Source of the DNA: Girardia tigrina
Taxonomy: Eukaryota
Reading direction: 5' to 3'
NCBI GenBank assembly: GCA_001938485.1
Contig: MQRK01243535.1
Location: forward strand, 23,426-87,425
Length of the DNA stretch: 64,000 bases
How positions within the stretch are numbered: position 1 is the stretch's first letter; every line of letters starts with the position of its first letter. The notes under the pieces were generated by a model, which worked only from the letters and a program-made list of their open reading frames with translations, was not told where the DNA came from and made no database searches. The translations under genes and the position numbers were made by a program. Of this stretch, positions 40,301-53,249 are shown piece by piece.

Positions 40301-43300
40301 TTTATTTTAATTTTTTAATTTTATTTTAAAATTTTTATTTTTATAAATTTTTAGTTTCAAAAAAATAAACGACTTCAACTTGACACGGATAATAATACTA
40401 CCACTATCGATTTCAGCGATACAGAACGCACGATCAACCTTTGCATCGTTAAAACATTGATTTCATATCGACGACTCAATCGACTCCACTGCAATATATT
40501 CCATAAAAAATCGGTCACGTGTCCAACTTTCAGACGCATCACACCTTATCCCCTTATGATTACCGTGACACGCCTCGCGATTGAATCAAAATTGAAAGAA
40601 ATAAAACAGAATCCAATTTTAATTTCAAGAAATAATTAAATTGGGTATGATGAAAAAATTTTGTTAAACATTCATAATTTTAGAATTTCATGAATTTTAT
40701 GTCCATAAATTTTTAAAGAAATATTTATCCTTTTTCTTTAATTTTAATTTTTCCGTAAATGATTTATCTCCTGAGTCGCTTGCGCCCAATTGGAATCCGA
40801 TACATATAAATAAATATTAATATATAAAACTTTTCAGGGGAATCTGTGTATCTTTTGTACAAATAAATTATAAATAAATATTAAATATAAATACAGATAT
40901 TTAACTTTATACTTTTAAAATAAATTTTACAATCGACTTTATTAAAATTTACATCCTTTAATAATGTTATTACAAAAAAAACCTTTTTTTAAGATTATTT
41001 CTAATTTACACTGTATTAAAAGTCCATTGTTATATCTATTTACTTCTTAATATTTATTATTCTATTTAGAGTTGTTTTAATAAAATTTAAATAGGTTGGT
41101 AATTTATTTGTTTTTTTTAATATTTTTCTATTTGGTATTAATATTTTTTTTACATTTGTAATTAAAATAAAATTTGCTTAGTCAAGGAATACGTATTCAA
41201 TAGTTGTTTTCCGCAAAAACTATCTATATTTTACTTTTTAGATGTGGGGTTACGTACTGCGTTTACCTAATAATTTTATTAATAAAAATAATATTTTCTC
41301 AAATAAATAATAAATTAACATTTGTTAAATGAAGAACAATTTGTCGGCTTTTGCTATCGTAGTATTTTCGTTAATGGCGCGATGTGACCGGCCGAAAAAG
41401 AGAAAGTATTGCAATTTTTCAACAAATGGAAAATAACGATCATGGAAATGGAGATAAAAACGTAACAATGGAATAAGGACTCGAAACAAATAATCGTAAA
41501 ATTCTCGAAAATATGAATTAAATCAAGCTGATTTTGCTGTATTTTACAATACCAAATTCGGTATAATTTGCTTAAATTATGTGGATGTGATTTTAATTTG
41601 AATAAATTAAACATAAAATTATTTAAAATAATAAGATTAAATTTTACTAACATTTGTTTAAATTTTGATAAATTCTAATTTGTAAATAAAATTGAAACGA
41701 ATACGGAAAGCAATAGCAACGTTAATTTTAAATTTATTAAAATATTTTCTGAAATAAATAATAAATTAAAATTAGGACTGACCAATACACTTTTCAATGT
41801 CACATTGAGGTCAATGTATTAAAAAATTTCGCCGGCGGGTGCGCAACTTGCAGAAAAAATTAAAAGACTAACTGTAATTAGGGGAGATTGATGCATATTT
41901 CCATGAACTTGTGATGCAATTATTGATGGAAAGAGTAGTACTCTAATTGCAACAGAGCAAATTTTACACCAATCCAACCTGAACATTGAACTTACATTTG
42001 ATGATCTTGTCAAGCAGTTAAAAAATAAGAAATCACGACTCGATAAGCATCAACAAGAATGCAAGTTGTGTGAGGAACAACTGATGAAGCATAGCTCAAA
42101 TTCTTGATATAATTGACAAAAAGAGACTTGTTGGGATGAGAAAACTAGTGAATAATGGAACTAAATACTGAAATATAGGAATCCTATGGCAATGCAGAAA
42201 TCGATGACATAATTTTGTTGAAAAATCTCCTTAAAACCCATTCATGGAACAGTGACCAGTGATGACGCAACTACCTAGGATAACCGAATTGCTGATCTTT
42301 TACGGAGAAAGAAAGGAGCTGTAAAGAAGGTGGACTTCCAAATACAACAGGAAAAAGATACCAGTGACATTGATAAGAATTACAGATATAGTAAAATCTT
42401 GAGAAAAAAATCATTGTGGCTATTTATTTATTATAACCTCCATCTATTATAAAAAGAAGTACACTGAAGCTGAATTCAAAAATTTCTTTTAAAACTTAAC
42501 CAAAGATAAAAAGATTTTTTTAGGTTTCATTTAGAACAGAAAATAAGCAACAATATACCGCCTAGGCAGTTGTAACAGTATTTCTTTAAATACGAATAAA
42601 CCATATAACAGTATACGTCATATCTCTGGGATGCACAAACCAAATAATAACCATCCATTAAAACTAGAAAAGAATAGCAAACCGTTCTGTATATGACTTC
42701 ATTTTCTAGATTATTAAAACAAATATCAAAAGTGTTTTTAAACAATAAACTTTAAATAATATTTTAATGAAATGAAATGGAAATTTTCTATTTTTTCTAT
42801 TAGAAATATTTCTTTACTGTTACGTTTCTTTCTTAAAATAATTCATCGTAAAAATTTCTATATTTTACGTATTTTTTCTTTGTTGCTTTTTATTCGGAAA
42901 TTATTAAATCCGGTAAGAAATTATTTTGACTTTGTTTATTTTAAAATTCAAGTAGATATGTTTGATTTTTACCATAAAAAATTTAATTGTCGACATTGTT
43001 TTTTCATCAATAGTTATGAAGAAAAAAATATGTTTTATTGAATAGAAACGACTAAATTCAAGAGCAAGTTTTATCACGAATGAAAAATGATTTTTAAAAT
43101 AGAAATAGTTTTAGTATTAAAATTAAAAAAATTTATATTTTAATTTTATCTGTTTTCCGGTAGTTTTATCAAAAATGTTATTGAAAATTAAACTTAATAC
43201 GATGTTCAATTTCTAACTTTTGAATTTTTCACAATATGTTTTTTAATTTTCGTGTTCAGATATTTTTTATTATTTACATTTCAAATTGTTGTTGTGATTT

Positions 43301-43844
43301 TAAGGCTATGTAATTACAGTGAAATTGAAATAAAGTAAGGGAAAATAAACATTCTGGGTCAAAAAATCAATAATCAATAGAGCAAATAAGTTGTTGGGTC
43401 TCTGGGAGACGATTATAAACTTCTCAAAAATTTACTTCCACTGATTCGACCTATCTAAGTGGTGTGCATAGAACGGCAGGTCAAATTTTATAATTTACAA
43501 ACTTTATTAATTACTTTTGAGAATTCATTGACAACAAATAAGACAAATATTGAATAAAATTTATTAATTAATTACAATAGTTTACAAATATATATACAGT
43601 GTCGCTCAAATTAACCCGTCAGTACATTTTTTTCATATTATTTAAATTTATACAAAATTTACCAAACCAACCATTTTTTGAAATTTTACATGTAACTAAC
43701 TTAAATATTGAGTCAATTTATCAATAAAAATATCTCATAAAAAATAAAAATTGAAATATTTATGTAAGATTTTCAAAACAAATTGGTCGCTCAATTTAAT
43801 CCACCATTGCGTCATATCAATAAAATTTTGTTTTTTATTATACA

Positions 43845-44331
43845 TAAACGTGGGCACGTTTAAAAATTTGTTAAACTTTTAAACGGTCTTTGTTTAGCAA
43901 ATTAAACGTTTAAAATTTTAATTATAAGCTTCATCAAAAACCAATACCTTTTCTTCAATACAATACATCTCGTTTTTAAAACTTTTTTACTCGAAAAAAA
44001 TTAGAAAACGAACAAATATAATTGAAATAATTTTACGTCTAACAAAAACATTTACTGAAAATTTTGATGCAATTCTCAAATATGATATTAATACCACTTT
44101 TCATATTTTGTATTTACAGTCCCACGAAAAAACTCAATAGATTGGGACAATGTGTTCTTTACAAATGAATAGGCCTTAGGTAGCGTGATAAAAGTTTCAA
44201 AAAAGTATAACCCATATCGTGAGTTTGAAATACGAACTTAAGAACTCGTTTATAAATCGCTAAACGTTTAAACGTCTTAAAAATCGTAAACGTTTAAACG
44301 GTCGTTTAAACGCGAAACGTGCCAACTTTTA
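43845..44331. mobile_element. Non-autonomous hAT MITE
   Basis: TIRs TAAACGTGGGCACGTTT / AAACGTGCCAACTTTTA with an 8-bp TSD ATTATACA on both sides. Confidence 0.85.
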
Positions 44332-44738
44332 ATTATACATGATACTGATCATTTATATTATTTAATAAGATTCTGTCCTTATAGATACACCACTATCTAT
44401 CCGTGAAATAATTATTAAAAAATATCATGAGAAGAAGACACAGATTCAAATTTCATTGGATACTGATATCCATCGATCAACGATATCGGGTATCATAAAA
44501 AGATACAAAGAAACCGGTCAAATTGGAGCGCAAGAAATGGAAAATGTGGATGTAAAAGAAAACTATCTGATCGAATTGACAGGGCACTCGTGAATCAAGC
44601 TTTGATAAATCCTAAAGCAACCTCAAGGACAACACAAACTGCTATTTGTTTGAATGCCATGAATGTGAGTCTTAATACCATCAAACGACCATTAATAAGA
44701 AGTGGTTTATCTTCATATCGACCTCTAATATCACCTTC

Positions 44739-44930
44739 CGGTCGCGTTGCGATTCCATTTTTACTTATTTTTTGAACCCATTTGTTAAAAATAAAATAAT
44801 TTAATTAAAATAATTGATTAAAACTAATTAAAAATAAAAATTAAATTAATTAAATTAAATATATATAAGTATATATATATNNNNNNNNNNNNNNNNNNNN
44901 NNNNNNNNNNNNNNNNNNNNNNNNNNNNNN

Positions 44931-44987
<57 letters not shown>

Positions 44988-46847
44988 TACATATGATCAT
45001 CACGTTCATATGGTTTTGTGATGATTGCTGTAAAACCAAGTGACAAACTTTGTCAATTGACGATTCCTCACCGAAATTGTCGATGAAATAATTTACGTCT
45101 TTTCCGATAAACATTTTTCAATTTGTGATTTAAAATGATCGAATCGAAATTTAATATCGTTATTTTCAGTCATTTGGTTTTTGGGTTGAAAAATTGGCAA
45201 TTTTTATTGAAATGTTGGTAACAATCGATTTTTAATATTATTCGTTTATTTAAATTATTAAAACAACCGTTTCTGATTGTTATTAGTCATTGGTTGCGTC
45301 ATTGGTCGATAGATAGCTGTGTGTGTCTATCGTGGTGTGTCAGTGTTGTGCGTGTGTTCGGCCTGGATTTTTGCTGATTGTGAGCCTCATTTTGTTGTAA
45401 TTGTCTTTCTTGAGTTGTGATTTGACAAATGTGGATGTGTGTGTAAATGTTTGAGCCAATGAAATAAGTGGGTTTATGTTTTGATTGAAATTGATAATGT
45501 GAATATAATTCACTTTTTAAATACGGAATAAATATTTTGAAATTAAAAACTTGCTATTGTTATAAAATGATAGAATTATCGGATGGAAATGGTCCAATTA
45601 AAAAGGTGTTCATAGAGTTGTCTCAGACGGTCGTTGAGATTAAAGAGAAATTAAGTAAAATAATTTATAAAGATGCAACCGAAATACAGTTGTATAACGG
45701 TGATACATATCTCGACAATAATGCGCCCATACCGACTGGCGTGACACGACTGATGTACAAAGAGGTGGAGAGAAATGATGATAAAATTTTGAAAGTTACA
45801 ACTCGTACTTGTCGGTTGCCGAAATTGTTTCAAGTTAGCGGTCAAAGACTTGTCGGAGAATTAAAAGAGGATTTAGTGAGAATTGACAATACTGGAAACA
45901 ATATCGTTTTATTTAACCAAAGGGGAGATCAGCTTAATGATAACACCGCAATAGAAGATATCACGGATGACGAAATTAAAATTTGTTACGAGAAGGATAA
46001 ACATCCGACATTATCTGTAAGTGATTTGCATCTAAACAAACCTTCCTCGCAATTTACCTGTGATATCAATAACAAGATAAGCGATTTGAAAAGGAACATA
46101 TGTGACACTTTTAATGTTGATTTTAAAAATTTGGTGCTATTTTCGGAAACCGAATTCCTGCATGACGATACCCTACTGATCGACAATGGGATTGTAAACG
46201 AGGATAATATATTCTATCTGGAATTAATTAATAATGGTGACATAGAGGATCCGAAGCTTTTCAAACAAGGTCAATTTTCCAAGATTTTTAAGGGTCTAAA
46301 TAGACGAACAAATAAACAGATTGTGCTGAAACGATACGAAATAAAGAAACAGAAAGTTAAGGATATAAAGCCTCTCAAATATGAAATCATTACATTCCTA
46401 AAACTAAGAGATTCTGATCATCCAAGATTTGTCCAAGTCGAATGTATGTTTGTAGACAATAAACATTTCTATATCGGGATGGAATTCATGGAAGGAAATT
46501 CCTTAAAAAACCGAATTCCCATCGTCGACACGACCACAATTATTCGGTAATTGAAGCAAATATTGGAAGGCCTTATATTTTTACACGAAATGAAAATCAT
46601 TTATCGAAACCTGAAATGCTCGTGCGTTCTGTTCGATGAGAACGATAACACCAAATTATGCAATTTTCGTTTCTCGAAGTATCTCCAAGGCAATACAGAT
46701 AGTCAAATGAATGAAGGCATTAAGGCTTCGAGACCCATTCAATATAATTGGTCAGCTCCCGAAATGCTAAATGGTGAAGATTTTTCTCAAAATCAATTCG
46801 ATCCGATTTCAAATTCAAATAATAAAAGAACCTCTGCTGAGATACAA
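44739..46847. other. Captured 2.1-kb genomic segment inside the Tc1 transposase
   Basis: Flanked by CACCTTC at 44732-44738 and 46848-46854. Removing it restores 'YRPLISPSLFKLQKDVRYKWCKLYEKWNVFLWKK'. Confidence 0.85.
45567..46790 (+). pseudogene. 3x ubiquitin-like domains plus MAP3K/STE11-like pseudokinase, with one in-frame stop and 3' truncation
   Basis: Three Ubl-type repeats ('TVVEIKEKL..IQLYNGDTYLDNN', 'VGELKEDL..IVLF..GDQLNDN', 'ISDLKRNI..LVLF..EFLHDDTLL.DNGI'). Kinase motifs IVLK, 'HPRFVQ', 'MEFMEG', 'KQILEGL.FLH', YRNLK, NFR, WSAPE. TAA at 46548-46550. Confidence 0.8.
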
Positions 46848-47038
46848 CACCTTCACTGTTTAAGCTCCAAAAAGATGTACGATATAAATGGTGTAAATTG
46901 TACGAAAAGTGGAATGTTTTTCTTTGGAAGAAGGTAGAATAAATAATGGTTTTATTGTATAATATTTTTTTCATTAAATTTTAGGTTCTTTTTTTCCGAT
47001 GAAACTGCTTTTGATATATGTCCTCCACGAGCACAATA

Positions 47039-48299
47039 TTAGATGTACAAGTATGAAATGCGGATTTCAGAAAACGGATTGTGCACAATGCAAAAAGTAG
47101 GTCAATGGTTAGGCAATGATGTCATAATATTGAGTAATTATGTAGTTTCTCATACGTAACTCNNNNNNNNNNNNNNNNNNNNNNNNNNNNNNNNNNNNNN
47201 NNNNNNNNNNNNNNNNNNNNNNNNNNNNNNNNNNNNNNNNNNNNNNNNNNNNNNNNNNNNNNNNNNNNNNNNNNNNNNNNNNNNNNNNNNNNNNNNNNNN
47301 NNNNNNNNNNNNNNNNNNNNNNNNNNNNNNNNNNNNNNNNNNNNNNNNNNNNNNNNNNNNNNNNNNNNNNNNNNNNNNNNNNNNNNNNNNNNNNNNGGAA
47401 ACCACGAAAAGGTTTCGAAGATGTGGAATTGCAAGCTTTGTTGGACGAAGATGATTCGCAAACACAAAACTAACTGGCAGAGCAATTAAGTGTTACTCAA
47501 CAAGCTGTTAGCAATTGCCTCAGGCAGATGGGAAAGATTCATAAGATCGGCCGATGGGTACCATATCAATTTAACGATAGGCAGATGGAGAGTCGCAAAA
47601 CCACTTGTGAAATCTTGCTTGCACGATACAAAAAGNNNNNNNNNNNNNNNNNNNNNNNNNNNNNNNNNNNNNNNNNNNNNNNNNNNNNNNNNNNNNNNNN
47701 NNNNNNNNNNNNNNNNNACGCCATCCACATCGACAGCCAGACCAAATCGCTTTGGCAGAAAGACAATGCTCTGTGTTTGGTGGGACCAGAAGGGTGTAAT
47801 TTATTATGAACTATTAAAACCCGGTGAAACGGTGAAACGTTACAAACAACAGTTGGTCGATTTATACCGTTCGCTGCTTCAAAAAAGACCTGAATGCCTC
47901 AAAAGGCAACGCAAGGTTATTCTTCTCCATGACAACGCTTCGTCACATACATCAAAACCGGTTCGCGCCATGTTGGAGGAAATGAATTTGGAAGTTTTAC
48001 CTCATGCGGCTTATTCACCAGACTTGGCTCCTTCAGATTACCATTTGTTTGCATCGATGGGTCACGCATTTGCTCAGCAGCGCTTTGATTCTTATGAAAA
48101 TGTGCAAAAATGGGTCGATGAATGGTTCATGGAAAAAAAGGAAGACTTTTACTGGTGAGGTATCCACAATTTGAGATATAGATGGGACAAATGTATCATT
48201 AGTAATGGAGCATATTTTGAATAGCTTTTTTTATCGTTCTTTTGTTTTTAACGCATTTCTTTTCAAAATTTAATCCGCATTTCATACTTGTACACCTAA
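47039..48299 (+). mobile_element. Full-length mariner, mauritiana/Mos1-like
   Basis: TA-flanked TIRs TTAG(A/G)TGTACAAGTATGAAATGCGGATT, 1261 bp. 'GRWVPYQFNDRQMESRKTTCEILL', 'HDNA', 'YSPDLAPSDYHLF'. Confidence 0.95.
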
Positions 48300-50026
48300 T
48301 ATATAAGAAAAAGAAAAGGCCAACTAATTCAAAATGAACATACAAGGCAACATCGACCATTTCTTAAACAAATTATGGTCTGGGACTGCTTTTCAAAAGA
48401 TGGAACAGGAGCCTTAGAAATAGTTGAAGGAACCATGAATTCAGAAAAGTACATAAATATCCTTAAAAAGAACCTGTTACCCCTAAGGAATGAACGCCAT
48501 TCATTTGGGATTGATATTTTTTTAGCAGGATAATGCTCCGTGTCATAAGTCCAAGTCTGTGACTTCATTTTTAGAAAGCCAGAACATTGCTGTCTTAAAA
48601 TGGTCCCCATATAGCCCAGATCTCTCTCCAATAGAGAATTTATGGGCTTTTGTCAAAAGAAAAGTTCACATTGTGCATATAAATACCAAAGAAGAACTCA
48701 TAAATACAATAAAAGATATATGGAGCAATGATCAGGACATTAAGGCTGCTTATCATGGTCTCATTGAGGGTATGCCTCGACGAATTCAAGCTTGTATTGA
48801 TGCAAAAGGAGGACCCATAAAATATTAATAACCCTTATTCTGTTTGTCTTTTTCTAATAAAATTTTATTAGGATTTTCATTGTCTTGGTTTCTTAAACAA
48901 TAATGTAATTATAATTTAATAAAATTTTACAGAAATGATAAAATTTTATTGATATGATGTAATGATGGATTAAATTGAGCGACCAATTTTTTTGAAAATC
49001 TTACATAAATATTTCAATTTTTATTTTTTATGAAATATTTTTATTGATAAATTGACTCAATGTTTAAGTTAGTTACATGTAAAATTTCAAGAATGGTTGG
49101 TTTGGTAAATTTTGTATAAATTTAAATAATATGAAAAAAATGTACTGACGGATTAATTTGAGCGACACTGTAGGTAAAAATAACCTGATGAATGTGTTGG
49201 CGTATCGAGGTGATTTGATAAAGTATAAAAGGAAAAGTGAAAAAATTGAAGATTTATCTATAAATATTTCTTTACTTTATTACAATAATTACAAGTTATT
49301 TTAGAGCATAAAACATAAACCTTATAGAATGATTTCGTAATTTTGGTAAAACGAGAAGAATTCGAATTATTTTAAAAGGTATATAAAAATATGTTAATCA
49401 AATATATAATTTATATATGGCCTTTAATACGTACTTTGGATTCCAATTATTTTCGATACAGAGTTCTAATCTCTCTTTCTTTTCTTTTCAAATTTTTTCT
49501 TCTCAAAATTTTTAATTCTGCCAGTTGAAGTTTATTATCAACTTTTATATTCGTCGCTGAATTAAATTAACTCTGCGTGAGATAATTTATGCAGACGCAA
49601 ATATCTCCGTGTGAGATAATTTATGCAGACGGAGTCTTGAACTTTGAAAATATAATTAGTGTTAAACTTTGAAATTCTTTTTAAAATATAATTAGGGTGA
49701 CCTTTGTTTTCTTAAAATCTTGCTCTTTTATAGTCTTCTTTTTAAATATAATTGCCTTTATTTATCTTTTAAAATATAGTGCTTTCCTTTCTTTCATAAA
49801 CATTCTTTTATTTTATTTAGTTTGTGTATTTTTTTAATAAATTTTATTACTATTATTTATATATAATCTATATTAATTTTGATAAATAGATAAATAATTT
49901 CTTATTATATCTGTTAATTAAAACAAAATTTATTTTTATTAAATACTTTTATTATTCATACTCAACAAATGTTATATGTAACTATTAAATTTTTGATTGA
50001 AGAGGCCACCCTTCAATATCAAAATC

Positions 50027-51109
50027 TGTTACGATACGAATATAAGCCACTTACATTTTGAAAGAACGCCTCTTCATGTACAACATCCCGCACGCGTGGA
50101 AGCATTGTGGAAATTGTGGGGATAATCAAACTCGACTATCCCTGTTAGTATTAAATAGGCTTCGAATGCGCGTGGGATAAAGGATATGAGAAGATTCTCT
50201 TGATTGTGCTCCGTTTTAAGTCTGTCAAAACCATCCCTCAGAAACCCTGGAACACACCCTACGAAAAAGAAAATTAATCAAAGTCTTTAATTAATTAATC
50301 AACTTACTAGAGGTGATTTAAAGTGAATCACAAACCAGCAAATTCCAGCAACATAAACAAATGTATAACAGAATAACCGCTTTGTACCTACGACGGTAAT
50401 GAATAATACAAACACTCATTTCACTGAAGTAATAGCATAATAACTGCAACTTGAAATAAACAGATGAAAGTCCAACGCAAGCTTGCAGGATGCCTTCCAT
50501 GAATTGTATCTACCGATAAAAAATAATCAAGTAGAAATGATTCAGTTAAAATAAATAATTACCGCAGTTAGGAGAGTGACAGACAACAGTTGTTGTGCAC
50601 TCCGCAACAGACATTCCAATCAGAAGAATAAACATATCAACGAGAAGTTCATCTGTACGAACACGAACAAATAAAGTCGCCCCGCAATAACACACGATAT
50701 CTGGAATAAACAGCAGTCATCCTGTTTATCTTGACAGCATACCAACCAGCGAAGTTCCTGTAACGAGGGAATAAACAGTGGGCAGACATACAACCACTTC
50801 CCTCCTTTTCATCCTGTCTTTGGACGAACTCATGGCGACACATGTAGAGATACTCGAGTGTGTCGGGTGATATATTTGTCCATCCGGGTATAAATACCCG
50901 TTGTAGTTTGCAAACAAAACACACAAAATTTTCATAATCGCACATCCTGCACATTTTGCACATTGCCCACAATTTTCAGAATTTAGTACAATTTACTTTC
51001 ATCTATTTTAATTTCGCACGCAACCTTACAAAGCATTTTTCAATTTCAACTGTTAAAACGATCCTGATATCACTATTTTATATGTGATATTTCAACTAGT
51101 GAACGGATC
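50027..51109. mobile_element. LTR-like element, relative of 56375-58003
   Basis: Starts TGTTACGAT, has the same subterminal hairpin followed by TAAATAGGC, and ends near GAACGGATC. Confidence 0.5.
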
Positions 51110-52884
51110 CATGCTTTATTACAAAAGTAATTTACGTTATTATAATAAATTTTGATGATTTTGTTAATGTGGTTTAATATATTTTAATTAATAATTTATT
51201 GTCGTTCTTCTAGCATATATTTAATTGTTTGATTTAAACTTTTATCGAACCCCTTTAATAATCCCACCAATCGATAATGTTTGAGATAAGGAAATGCCGT
51301 TTACCGATAGTGGAGGCTCGCTTGGAGTCCAATCCTGTCGATTGTGGCAACCCCAAGGTTAAGAGCGTTGGTATGGGAGTTGGTGGTGATGGAACAAGGT
51401 CGGTAAAAGAGGTGGTAGCGTAAGAGAGAGGATGCCGCATGTAAATATTGTAAATATTGAGGTGTATAAATAGAATAATGGAAGAGTGGTCTGTAAATAG
51501 TGATAAATCCGATATTGGCGTTATAATAATAATCGTTATGAATCTGTCGATATGGTGATAGATAGGGTGTGACGTAGACATGGTGAGTGAGTCGTGGAGG
51601 TCGACAATGGAGTGTCTAATGTCGTTTAAGAGGCGATATGAATGAGCGGTAGAGATAACCGAAGGACCGGGTCTGGCTATTACTGAGGTGGGGTTCGATA
51701 GGAGTTTGTTACTTTTCTCCAGAATTATTATTTTATTTACTTTTCTTTGTTTAATTTTTATTGGTATTTTCGTTAATTTTATAAACTTAATAAATTACTT
51801 TATTTAAACTACTGACATATACAATACTGCTGCTCTTTTGTAAAAACATTCCGTAATTTGTGAAATGTGATCTTAAAATGAAAGTTTAATCATTTATTTC
51901 TTCACGCAAAACAGAATATTTTCAAGTTAATTTTTAAATGATTAATTTGTAACACAATTAAACATGATTAAAATTGGATTTATATGGGAAAATATTGTCA
52001 ATATTTCAATCACTATTTCTTTGAATTATTATAATTAGGAATTATTACTTTAAGCCTTACGAGTTAATGTCAGATAACTTCGGTTAAATCTAAGCGCTAG
52101 TATTTTTGAACCACTGGATAATTGCGTTGTCACAAGATCAGAACAGAAATAAATTATTTGTTAGAGCGAAAGTCACTTCGGACAAAAATTTTGTTAAAGA
52201 GAGGGATCAAGTCACGAGCTCATAATTTTGAGAATGAATAAATCTGGTGTAATCCATGTTACAAAGATCGAGATAAATGACGATAGTTTAAGTACGATCC
52301 GAGGTTCTGTAGAATGAATAAAGGAAAAAATCATAAATGAATAAAATGTGTTTAAGAGTAGTTCACTCCTGTCTGACTGTCGAAATACTTTCCACCTGTA
52401 GATAAACTTCAATCCGTGCAGATTGTATAAAATAATTGATTAATTTAAAGCGATGATGCGAAAATACTGACCGTTTATATTTGATTTATGTTTCGAAAAG
52501 TATTTTTATATGTTTCTTATCATTTTAAAACATTCATCACTTCAAACCGATTTGGGAAACTCGATGAATCATTATATAAACAAATTAAATAAATCATCGT
52601 TTTGAAGTGTCGTGCTCGCCGATTTTGTGTAGCACTAATTATCGATTTCTCAATCAAATTGTGAATTTTACGACCAAAATAGTTGATAAATAGGTAACGT
52701 AATTAATCGTAAAATAATTATGACAGAATAAAAGAATTAATATAAATTAATTTAGTGTAAATACAAAATATAATAAAATATAAATATAATCAAGTGTAAA
52801 TATAAAATAAATATAAATTATATATAAATTATATAAATATAAAATATAAATTAATATTATTGAGTCTCTCACTGAGATGAAGAA

Positions 52885-53249
52885 CTTTCTGGAGGTAGCA
52901 AAGGTAGACCGCAGCATGCAAGGGGTACGCGGTTCGATCGTCGCTTGCTTCCTGGAAGCTCTCTTCGCCCGACACAATCAAAGTTAAGCCTTCAAACAAT
53001 CATTGAAAGTAATATCGACCCCTCGGACACTGAGACCATCAGTCGGGTAGAACCCGTTACTGGTTGGAACCCGAAGGCGCTCCGAAGCACACACAACTTG
53101 CTGATGTGCGTGGAGGAGGCGCGTCTGTTCCCTATATATGAGCAAATGTCAATATGGAGGGATGTGGAGTATATATATGAGTTGCCGTTGAACTCTAAAA
53201 ACGGATGGGGGCTCTGAGTCAACAAAAATGTTGTCGAGAGAGGGGAACA
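52885..53249 (-). repeat. LTR-like repeat, second copy of 24190-24552
   Basis: Shared blocks AACCCGAAGGCGCTCCGA, GGAGGCGCGTCTGTTCCC, ATGAGTTGCCGTTGAACTCTAAAAACGGATGGGG. Common terminus GGGGAACA. Confidence 0.75.

Larger units (their letters stand above)
43597..49170 (+). mobile_element. Tc1-family transposon with ~230-bp TIRs carrying three nested insertions
   Basis: TA|CAGTGTCGCTCAAATTAA ... TTAATTTGAGCGACACTG|TA. Transposase pieces at ~44380-44738, 46848-47038 and 48300-48828 ('MVWDCFS', 'QDNAPCH', 'SPDLSPIENLW', 'KGGPIKY'). Confidence 0.95.

Noticed and set aside
40400-40600. Possible PHD-finger remnant on the minus strand ('GIRCDASESW')
   Set aside because: Most Cys/His ligands are missing, so it is too weak to call.
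41820-42400. Coding-looking stretch ('LTFDDLVKQLKNKK...')
   Set aside because: Multiple stops and no motif I can assign.
46548-46550. In-frame TAA in the kinase as evidence of stop-codon reassignment or readthrough
   Set aside because: TAA ends several transposases at their normal C-termini (48828, 59199) and the gene is truncated anyway. A nonsense mutation is the simpler explanation.
49183-49215. CTGATGA as a third hammerhead (also at 42081 and 29216)
   Set aside because: No stem II followed by GAAA.
51240-51800. G-rich LTR-like fragments (also at 58250 and 61830)
   Set aside because: Only compositional similarity, with no alignable partner or defined ends.
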